Translations under genes and position numbers: made by a program
The notes under the pieces: model-generated
What the model was told of the DNA's origin: nothing
The model's database searches: none
What the model saw: only the letters and a program-made list of their open reading frames with translations
From: a virus
Virus record (IMG/VR): IMGVR_UViG_3300029319_008461
Span: 1 to 64,000 of that record
Reading direction: 5' to 3' (one strand)
Length of the DNA stretch: 64,000 nt
Part shown: one piece after another, positions 38,439-46,007 of the stretch
Numbering within the stretch: position 1 is the first letter of the stretch
How the letters are laid out: each line of letters begins with the position of its first letter

Positions 38439-39394
38439 AAAAAATTCTTTTGTGCGGTGCCACTGGGTTTATTGGTAAGAACTTGTTAGAGCACTTCTCC
38501 AGCAGAGGGAATTATAGTATTCGAGCGATATATCACAATAAACTTCCAGACATTGAGCCGAGCGAACATCCTAATGTTGAGTTTATTTTTGCTGATTTAA
38601 ACAATAAGGAAGATGTAGACAGAGTAATGGAGGGCGTAAACATTGTTCTCCAGTTTGCAGCCACAACTTCTGGGGCCAAAGATATTACAACAAAGCCGTT
38701 CATTCACGTTACAGATAATGCAGTTATGAACTCTTTGTTGTTACGATCTGCCTATGAGAATAATGTTGAACATTTTGTTTTCCCGAGTTGCACGGTGATG
38801 TACCAGCCGAGTGAAGAGGCTCTATCTGAGGACGATTTCTCTGGAGAAGACGAAATATACCCAAAATACTTTGGTGTGGGTAATACAAAAGTTTATATTG
38901 AAAAGATGTGCGACTTCTACTCTAGGCTTGGAAGAACAAAACACACAGTTATTAGACACTCTAATATATACGGACCTCATGACAAGTACGATCTTGAGCG
39001 CAGTCATGTCTTTGGCGCAACCGTAACTAAAGTTATGACTGCAAAAGATAAAGTTGTTATGTGGGGGACCGGAGAGGAAAAGAGAGATCTTCTACACGTT
39101 GATGATTTGTGCAGGTTTGTTGAATTAGCTTTAAAGAACCAGAAGAAAGAATATGAGTTATTCAACGTTGGCCTGGGTCAAGCGGTTCCGGTTCGTGACC
39201 TTGTTCAGAAAATTATCAACGCTTCAGGTAAGAGGCTAAAGATTGAATCAGATTTAACTAAACCAACTATTAAAACTAGTTTATACTTGGATTGGAAAAA
39301 AGCGTTTACTACGTTAGGTTGGTGCCCCGAGATAACTCTTGATAAGGGGATAGAGAAAACTTTGAAGTGGTATAAGGAAAATATAGATGTCTAA
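38435..39394 (+). CDS. NAD-dependent epimerase/reductase (GDP-fucose synthase-like)
   Basis: GATGFIG, RHSNIYGP.D, SHV and WGTGEE.RD motifs. Confidence 0.85.
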   Translation: MKKILLCGATGFIGKNLLEHFSSRGNYSIRAIYHNKLPDIEPSEHPNVEFIFADLNNKEDVDRVMEGVNIVLQFAATTSGAKDITTKPFIHVTDNAVMNSLLLRSAYENNVEHFVFPSCTVMYQPSEEALSEDDFSGEDEIYPKYFGVGNTKVYIEKMCDFYSRLGRTKHTVIRHSNIYGPHDKYDLERSHVFGATVTKVMTAKDKVVMWGTGEEKRDLLHVDDLCRFVELALKNQKKEYELFNVGLGQAVPVRDLVQKIINASGKRLKIESDLTKPTIKTSLYLDWKKAFTTLGWCPEITLDKGIEKTLKWYKENIDV

Positions 39395-40397
39395 AAATGT
39401 CTTTATCACTGGTGTTACGGGAATGGTCGGCTCTCACTTAGCCGACTTTCTTTTAGAGAATACAGATTGGAAAATTTATGGGTTCTGTAGGTGGAATGAT
39501 AATTTTGAAAATATACAGCACTTATTTCCAAGAATAAACACAAAAGACAGGGTGCAGTTAATTTATGGTGACTTAAATGATTTCCCGTCTCTCATGACCG
39601 CTGTTGAGGAGTCAGCGCCTGATTATGTTTTTCACCTAGCGGCCCAGAGTTATCCTCAGACTAGTTTTGTGGCTCCTTTGGAGACTCTTGAGACAAATAT
39701 CCTTGGCACTGCAAAACTTTTGGAAGCCATTAATAAATCACCGTATGATCCTGTGATACATGTATGCGCTAGTTCTGAGGTCTTTGGAAGGGTGCCAAAA
39801 GAATATTTACCAATTAATGAAGAGGTCACGTTTCACCCCGCCTCTCCATATGCTATTTCTAAAGTGGGGACTGACCTAATCGGTAGGTACTATGCCGAAG
39901 CTTATGGTATGACTGTGATGACAACAAGGATGTTTACTCACACAGGACCAAGAAGAGGTGATGTTTTTGCAGAGTCAACTTTTGCAAAACAGATTGCTAT
40001 GATTGAGTCTGGAAAACTCCCTCCTGTTATCAAGGTTGGAAATTTACAGTCACTAAGAACTTGGTCTGATGTCCGAGATGCGGTTAGAGCGTATTATTTG
40101 CTTGTAACTCACAACCCAACAGCCGGAGAGTATTATAATATTGGCGGCACTTACAGTTGTACAGTGGAGGATATGTTAAATTATCTCATCAGCCAATCAA
40201 CAGTTAAGAATATAAAAGTTGAAACGGACCCCGAGAGGCTCCGACCAATTGATGCAGATTTGCAGGTCCCTGATACGGCCAAGTTTAAAAGCCACACTGG
40301 ATGGGAACCAACGATACCTTTTGAGGAAACAATGACTGACTTACTGAACTACTGGAGAGAAAAGGTTCAGGGCGACAGGGAGTTCCTATCTAGATAA
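39387..40397 (+). CDS. gmd: GDP-mannose 4,6-dehydratase-like protein
   Basis: ITGVTGMVGSHL, HLAAQS, ASSEVFG, SPYAISK, GNL.S.R and RLRP.D motifs. Confidence 0.8.
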   Translation: MSKNVFITGVTGMVGSHLADFLLENTDWKIYGFCRWNDNFENIQHLFPRINTKDRVQLIYGDLNDFPSLMTAVEESAPDYVFHLAAQSYPQTSFVAPLETLETNILGTAKLLEAINKSPYDPVIHVCASSEVFGRVPKEYLPINEEVTFHPASPYAISKVGTDLIGRYYAEAYGMTVMTTRMFTHTGPRRGDVFAESTFAKQIAMIESGKLPPVIKVGNLQSLRTWSDVRDAVRAYYLLVTHNPTAGEYYNIGGTYSCTVEDMLNYLISQSTVKNIKVETDPERLRPIDADLQVPDTAKFKSHTGWEPTIPFEETMTDLLNYWREKVQGDREFLSR

Positions 40398-41140
40398 TGT
40401 CTTCTAAAGTTTTAGTCATAGGCGAAAGCTGCAAGGATGTTTTTAATTACGGTAACTGTGATCGCTTGTGTCCTGACGCCCCGGTTCCTGTTTTCAACGG
40501 GACGGCAACTACAGTATCCGACGGCATGGCAATGAATGTCTTACACAACATTAAATCACTTGGAGTTGAGTGTGACATTATAACTAATAGCAATTGGCAA
40601 CTGATTAAAAAAAGTAGGTACATTGATAACAAAACAAACCAGATGCTTTTACGAATTGATGAAAACGATGAGGTGATAGACGAGCTTGACCTGTCTTTAC
40701 TTGAAAAGAATATAAAAAACTACGGTGCGGTTATTATATCTGATTATTGCAAGGGATATCTCTCTGAAGAAATTATGGCAAAGATATCTAAAATGCACGA
40801 TAAGGTTTTTTTAGATACCAAAAAACTATTAGGCGATTGGTGTGACGATATGGCATACATCAAGATAAACTATTATGAGCATGCCAGAACCAAACATCTA
40901 CTAAAGAAAAGTTTATACGATCAGCTTATAATAACTCTTGGCTCCAATGGGTGTGAACACCGTGGCAAAACTTATCCCGTAGAGAAGGTAGAGATAAAAG
41001 ACTCTTCAGGCGCTGGCGATACATTTATAGCAGGACTTGTGGCCGAGTATTTGAAAAATTATAGCATAGATGATGCAATACATTTTGCTAACCAATGTGC
41101 CACAAAAGTTGTTCAAAAGCGAGGTGTAAGTATAGTATGA
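40397..41140 (+). CDS. HldE/RfaE-type heptose kinase domain (PfkB family)
   Basis: RLCPDAPVPV, ISDY.KG and D.SGAGDTF motifs. Confidence 0.85.
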   Translation: MSSKVLVIGESCKDVFNYGNCDRLCPDAPVPVFNGTATTVSDGMAMNVLHNIKSLGVECDIITNSNWQLIKKSRYIDNKTNQMLLRIDENDEVIDELDLSLLEKNIKNYGAVIISDYCKGYLSEEIMAKISKMHDKVFLDTKKLLGDWCDDMAYIKINYYEHARTKHLLKKSLYDQLIITLGSNGCEHRGKTYPVEKVEIKDSSGAGDTFIAGLVAEYLKNYSIDDAIHFANQCATKVVQKRGVSIV

Positions 41141-41535
41141 AGATTGTGTGGACAAATGGTTGTTTTGATGTTTTGCATCGTGGACATATTGAATTGTTTA
41201 AATATGCGAGATCATTAGGCGATAAACTTATTGTTGGTCTTGATACAGATGAGAAAGTCAAAGCTGCTAAGGGCGATGATCGGCCATTTAACACTCTAGA
41301 AGATAGAGAGTTTTTAGTAAGATCGATAAGATATGTTGATGATACAATTTCATTTTCATCAAAAAGTGATTTAGAAAGCTTAATAAAATCCATAAAGCCT
41401 GATATTCTTGTTGTAGGATCAGATTGGGAAGGAAAATATGTCGTTGGCTCACAATATGCAAAAGAACTAAAGTTTTTTGATCGTATTGGTGAATATTCAA
41501 CGACTAAAGTTTTAAAAAATGCTAATCTACGTTGA
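41137..41535 (+). CDS. HldE/RfaE-type heptose nucleotidyltransferase domain
   Basis: TNGCFDVLHRGH, KG..RP, GSDW and YSTT motifs; true start at 41137. Confidence 0.88.
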   Translation: MKIVWTNGCFDVLHRGHIELFKYARSLGDKLIVGLDTDEKVKAAKGDDRPFNTLEDREFLVRSIRYVDDTISFSSKSDLESLIKSIKPDILVVGSDWEGKYVVGSQYAKELKFFDRIGEYSTTKVLKNANLR

Positions 41536-41836
41536 CATAGACGATACAATTTGCACTTACGAGGGAGAGCGTCACTATCCAGACGCCATCCCAATTATGG
41601 AAAGAATACAAAAAATTAATGACCTTTATGACGAAGGTCATCAAATAGTTTATTGGACAGCTAGGGGTGGCACTACAGGGATTGACTGGACGGAGCTAAC
41701 CAACCAACAATTGAAAGATTGGGGTGTGAAGTGCCATGAGATTAAGATGTGGAAGCCACCTTACGATTTGTTCATATGCGATAAAGCCATAAACACTTTA
41801 GAATATTTTAAGGAGAAAAAAAGTGAAATTATCTAA
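41519..41836 (+). CDS. small HAD-family phosphatase
   Basis: DIDDT, WTARG and KP..D..I.DK motifs. Confidence 0.82.
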   Translation: MLIYVDIDDTICTYEGERHYPDAIPIMERIQKINDLYDEGHQIVYWTARGGTTGIDWTELTNQQLKDWGVKCHEIKMWKPPYDLFICDKAINTLEYFKEKKSEII

Positions 41837-42011
41837 TCAAGCAATCGGGGCATTATTGATGACGTTGCAAAAATGCTTGGCCGAAGAATCAGATATTACT
41901 GAGTTGTTGTCTGACTGGAACTTGTCGGTTCAAAAGGGCGAGATTTGGGTTGATAACCCACCTGGCGTTTACATGGCAGACGATAAAGAAAATAAGTTTG
42001 AAACAGAGTAA
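41823..42011 (+). CDS. conserved phage hypothetical protein
   Basis: 62 aa; AAGGAG SD before a GTG start. Confidence 0.7.
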   Translation: MKLSNQAIGALLMTLQKCLAEESDITELLSDWNLSVQKGEIWVDNPPGVYMADDKENKFETE

Positions 42012-42266
42012 ATGCCAACTTATGTTTACAAATGCAATGCTTGCGAGTCGGTGTTTGAATATTTTCACTCTTATAGAGTCAAAAAGACCACTTGCGAAAA
42101 ATGTGGTAAGGAAGCTTTGCAAAAATTGTTAAATACACCTATAAACATTGCAAAAAGACCGCAGGTGCAAAGCAAAGCACCCGGCGAAGTAATTAAAGAT
42201 ACTATTGAGGAAACTAAAAAAGAGATGGACAAAGATAAAGAAAGACTAAGGAGACGGACAGAATAA
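42012..42266 (+). CDS. FmdB-like zinc ribbon protein
   Basis: MPTYVYKC..C...FE...C..CG motif. Confidence 0.85.
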   Translation: MPTYVYKCNACESVFEYFHSYRVKKTTCEKCGKEALQKLLNTPINIAKRPQVQSKAPGEVIKDTIEETKKEMDKDKERLRRRTE

Positions 42267-42575
42267 ATGTTTTCCTGGTTTCTTGTGCTTCTGTTCGTGT
42301 CTGTTTCCTTGTTCCTAGCTTGGTATGTTAGGGAATTATTAAAAAGGTTCAGATTCTTATCTGACAACAGTTTTGTTCTAAGAGAAAAAGTTGAGAGGTA
42401 CGGGCAGCATTTACAGAGTGTTTATGAATTGCCTACTTTTTATGGCGACGAAACCATAAAGGGTCTTATGGCACATACGCAAGCTTTGGTACAAGATTTA
42501 CAAGAGCTTGAAGAAGTATTCTTTCTAACTGATATAGAAGAGGAGGAGTACAATGCCGAAGAAGAAGAAAGCTAA
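42267..42575 (+). CDS. membrane-anchored hypothetical protein
   Basis: N-terminal transmembrane helix; YE...FYGDET motif. Confidence 0.7.
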   Translation: MFSWFLVLLFVSVSLFLAWYVRELLKRFRFLSDNSFVLREKVERYGQHLQSVYELPTFYGDETIKGLMAHTQALVQDLQELEEVFFLTDIEEEEYNAEEEES

Positions 42576-43236
42576 CTATTATTTTACCTCAGAGACCGAA
42601 GAGGCCATCATTGACTACACGAGGACTGAATGCAAACAGGTTCGTGAGGATCTTTACAGATACAAGATACAGCCAGCTTTTGATGAGTTAGTTGACAAGA
42701 TTGTGTATACATATAAATTTACGTCCCTTGAAAACATAGATGTTTTAAAAGATGATTGCAAGATCTGGCTGACTACGATTTTAGGAAAATTTGATTCGTC
42801 AAAAGGAACAAAAGCATTTTCATATTTTTCTGTTGTCACAAAGAATTGGTTCACGCACAAAGCAAAGAAACAAACTCAACGCAACAAAAGAGAAATAAAC
42901 TATGATGATCTTGTAAAAGAAATAGAAGTTGTTAGCGCAAACGAAAGAAAAACTTTTGAAGAGAAGCAAGAAGATGCTGAGTTTTGGATGCACTTGCTGA
43001 CAGAGATAAAAAGCTGGGATAGGCCAAACCTTAGGGATAACGAAAAATGCGTTCTTAATGCGGTTCTAACTTTGATGGAAAGCATTGACCAAATAGAAAT
43101 CTTCAACAAAAAAGCGATCTACTTGTACCTTAGGGAAATTACAGGGCTTAACACAAAACAGATTGTTAGTTGCCTAAACAAGATGAGAGAAAAATACGGT
43201 ACCTTCAAGAAAAAATGGGACAACGGAGAAATATAA
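42553..43236 (+). CDS. phage sigma factor (T4 gp55-like late sigma)
   Basis: NYYFT...AII.Y and KFD..KGTKAFSYF..V.KN resemble gp55/sigma region 2; C-terminal HTH-like segment. Confidence 0.7.
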   Translation: MPKKKKANYYFTSETEEAIIDYTRTECKQVREDLYRYKIQPAFDELVDKIVYTYKFTSLENIDVLKDDCKIWLTTILGKFDSSKGTKAFSYFSVVTKNWFTHKAKKQTQRNKREINYDDLVKEIEVVSANERKTFEEKQEDAEFWMHLLTEIKSWDRPNLRDNEKCVLNAVLTLMESIDQIEIFNKKAIYLYLREITGLNTKQIVSCLNKMREKYGTFKKKWDNGEI

Positions 43237-43243
43237 TAAGGAC

Positions 43244-43250
43244 CTACTTA
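43244..43250 (+). promoter_or_regulatory. CTAnTTA motif, putative late promoter
   Basis: CTACTTA in the gap that opens the baseplate gene block. Confidence 0.5.
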
Positions 43251-43271
43251 CAATAAGCGGAGGTGTTGTTT

Positions 43272-43568
43272 ATGAAAAAGGATCTAGATTCTCTGATAGA
43301 GCAAGCTTTAGATAACATTAAAAACGACAGGCAAATAACAGAAACTCTGTTGTTAGAATTACAAGAGTATATGGGTGTCCCTGGTAACCAAGATAGATAC
43401 TCAGATTCTGGTCCTGTGGCCGCTAAATTTGTTGAGACCTTGCAACGAAGCAATGAACAATTAGTAAAGCTTGCAACACTTGTCCAAAAGAAAGATGCTG
43501 CCTCAGCACAGGAAGGTTTAACCGACCTTGATCGGGAAAATATTTTTAAAATGATCAAGGAGGATTAA
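43272..43568 (+). CDS. hypothetical protein
   Basis: GGAGG SD; helical 98-aa ORF. Confidence 0.7.
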   Translation: MKKDLDSLIEQALDNIKNDRQITETLLLELQEYMGVPGNQDRYSDSGPVAAKFVETLQRSNEQLVKLATLVQKKDAASAQEGLTDLDRENIFKMIKED

Positions 43569-43569
43569 A

Positions 43570-45072
43570 ATGTCTAGCAGTAAGCGAGCCGTCGCAGATA
43601 CTAATTCCGCAAAGGTATCTACTCCACAGCAACACAAGCTTAATCGCCCCTATGCCCCTAGTAGAGAGGGGTTTATGGATACCCTTCAGGATGTGTTCTT
43701 CAAAGATCTTTCGGTTACCGCCAATGAAAATATGGACAAAAAATCTCACCTTGCAACGGTTTATAGAGTTGATAAGGAGGCAGGATTTTTTGATTTCTTT
43801 TTTGGCAGTGATGTCGTGAGAGTGAGAGCTAGGATTGATGAGCCAGATAATCTACACAGCACGCTAAGAATCCCAAAGAATTTCAAAGATGAGGCCGCAA
43901 TCAACTTGCTTGTTGAATTTGAGGGGAGCATTGAAGAGCTTAAAGGGGAACCAAAATTAGGCGACACGATTGAGGTTGATTTTTATAACAAAAACCACGT
44001 TACTAAGACGCATGGCAATGGTAGAATTTTAAAAATACTGCCGACCAGCAAAGTGGCCGGAGTCAACGACACATCACTGTCAGACCTAGACACTGGACAA
44101 ACACCTAATCTATTTAAGCCAACAAGAGATGAGTGTGATGCGAATGTAAAGACAGGGGCCGCTACCGGAGCAACTTTGGTTGGTGAGAACAAAGCAGCAA
44201 CAGTTAGCGAAAGAAATCCAAGAAAGCTTAACTCGCCAACAGAGGATTCGACTCCTGCGATTGCTAATTCTAGGAAGCCAGAACAACAGCCAAATAATAA
44301 TAATCCAACGCCTGGTCCTACTGCTAATCCGAATGCAAAAGGAACAAACGCAGTCTCCTCTGGTCCCGGACCATTCCAAGCATCACCGGGCTCTAATCAG
44401 GTGACCCCTAGTCAGGGGCCTAAAAAACAAGAACCTTGTGACTGTCAAATAACAACGCTTGGTGAGCTTACTAATTCTCCTGGTGCAACTGCCCCAGAGG
44501 CAGTTAGAGGACCACCGGAGCCAACTTGGGATATCCATACTGATCGCAGAATTAAAAAAATGCACCCTGATGCAAGAAAAAAAGTTTCGCAGTTTATAAA
44601 CAAGGCTGCTGAACAAGGAATTTACCTTAGGGTTACGGAAACATATAGAACCGTTGATCGCCAGAATCAGCTTTATGCTAAGGGTAGAACTGCACCTAAA
44701 AAAGGTAGAACAGTTACTAAAGCAAGGGGTCTACCAAAAAGTAGTATTCACCAGTTTGGTATTGCTTTTGATTGTGTCGAAGTAGGTTCAGGTAGGGACA
44801 GGAGAACTAAGAAAAAATTCAAAGCTGATTGGGCAACAAACGGTAGAACATCTGGATTTAGTAAAGGGTACCCTAGACAAAGATGGCACTTGATCGGTGA
44901 TTTTGGAAAGTCGTTTGGTTTTGTGTGGGGTGGTAATTTTAGAGGATTCTTTGATGGTCCACACTTTGAAGTGTTTAGAGCAAGAGCATCACAACTTAGG
45001 AGAAAGGAGGCACGAGGCGAAATCGTTATTGATCCAAGACTTGGACCAAACTATAAGTTTCCAAAATTTTAG
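43570..45072 (+). CDS. baseplate hub/gp5-like protein with a C-terminal M15 (L-Ala-D-Glu-type) peptidase
   Basis: OB-fold-like N-terminus (VRVRARI...EPKLGDTIEVDF); Pro/Asn-rich linker; ETYRT...Q..LY.KGR, SIHQFGIAFD and WGG.F...DGPHFE motifs. Confidence 0.75.
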   Translation: MSSSKRAVADTNSAKVSTPQQHKLNRPYAPSREGFMDTLQDVFFKDLSVTANENMDKKSHLATVYRVDKEAGFFDFFFGSDVVRVRARIDEPDNLHSTLRIPKNFKDEAAINLLVEFEGSIEELKGEPKLGDTIEVDFYNKNHVTKTHGNGRILKILPTSKVAGVNDTSLSDLDTGQTPNLFKPTRDECDANVKTGAATGATLVGENKAATVSERNPRKLNSPTEDSTPAIANSRKPEQQPNNNNPTPGPTANPNAKGTNAVSSGPGPFQASPGSNQVTPSQGPKKQEPCDCQITTLGELTNSPGATAPEAVRGPPEPTWDIHTDRRIKKMHPDARKKVSQFINKAAEQGIYLRVTETYRTVDRQNQLYAKGRTAPKKGRTVTKARGLPKSSIHQFGIAFDCVEVGSGRDRRTKKKFKADWATNGRTSGFSKGYPRQRWHLIGDFGKSFGFVWGGNFRGFFDGPHFEVFRARASQLRRKEARGEIVIDPRLGPNYKFPKF

Positions 45073-45075
45073 AAA

Positions 45076-45999
45076 ATGGTATTAAAAAGAGCACAAAGTA
45101 CAGTTGGTGTACAACCATCAGAGCTAGATAAACTTAAGCAAGTACCCAACGCTAAAGAGTTGAACAGCGGGAAGTTTAACACCACTGTTGTTGAACCTGT
45201 GCCAAATTACAACATTACAAATGCCGAGACTGTCCAAAAGGGAAAACACAACGCATTTATTATAATGGGTCGTGACAGACCAAGAGATATAGAATCAGGG
45301 TACGGCGGCATTGGTGTAACCCAGTGCGGAACAATAGATATTGTGGCCGGTCTTGGTGGTGCTTTGGCAACTGAGGTTAATGAAGAAGGCGAGACTGTCT
45401 ATACGGACAAGAGCCCTGAACTCGATTCAGCCAGAATTTATTTAAGTCAGAGAACAGATGTTGATTATAATTTTGGCTTACCTGATGGAAGAGTTGGTAA
45501 ATCTATAGGCAAGTCAGCAGCAGCTATAAAAGCTGATGCTGTTCGTTTAGTCGCTAGGGATGGCATTAAGTTAGTTACTGGTACCGATACCTACGACGGA
45601 CAGGGTGTAAGAATTGACATCCAAGAGGGTATAGATCTTATAGCCGGAAATAATGATGAGGGACTTCAGCCCCTTGTTAAGGGTCATAATTTACAAATTG
45701 CTTTGAGAGAAATTATAGATTTGATTGCAGATATAAACGGAGTGACTACAACGTTGGCCACAATGTATTTTAATCTTTTGAACGCTTTAGTGTTTCATAC
45801 TCACATCGCCATCGCACCCGGTTCCCCAACAACACCATCGCCAGATTTTGCTGTGACAGCAGTCAGTCAGTATTCTCAATTAGTAAAAATGTTTTTTGAT
45901 TTGGGAATCCACCAGAAAAATGTCGTGGCTACAAAAATGGATTACACTTATGAGACAGGTGGGGGTTATATCAATAGCTTATTTAACCATACCAACTAG
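45076..45999 (+). CDS. baseplate central spike (gp5-C/gpV-like)
   Basis: G..N..I..G, DSARIYLS, QPLVKG..L and FHTH...G.PT (HxH apex) motifs. Confidence 0.65.
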   Translation: MVLKRAQSTVGVQPSELDKLKQVPNAKELNSGKFNTTVVEPVPNYNITNAETVQKGKHNAFIIMGRDRPRDIESGYGGIGVTQCGTIDIVAGLGGALATEVNEEGETVYTDKSPELDSARIYLSQRTDVDYNFGLPDGRVGKSIGKSAAAIKADAVRLVARDGIKLVTGTDTYDGQGVRIDIQEGIDLIAGNNDEGLQPLVKGHNLQIALREIIDLIADINGVTTTLATMYFNLLNALVFHTHIAIAPGSPTTPSPDFAVTAVSQYSQLVKMFFDLGIHQKNVVATKMDYTYETGGGYINSLFNHTN

Positions 46000-46007
46000 A
46001 TAATTTT

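Noticed and set aside
16580-41836. Bacterial O-antigen/capsule locus (window being host chromosome)
   Set aside because: Flanked seamlessly by phage hallmark genes with a similar composition; no wzx/wzy/ABC/wbaP or housekeeping genes seen
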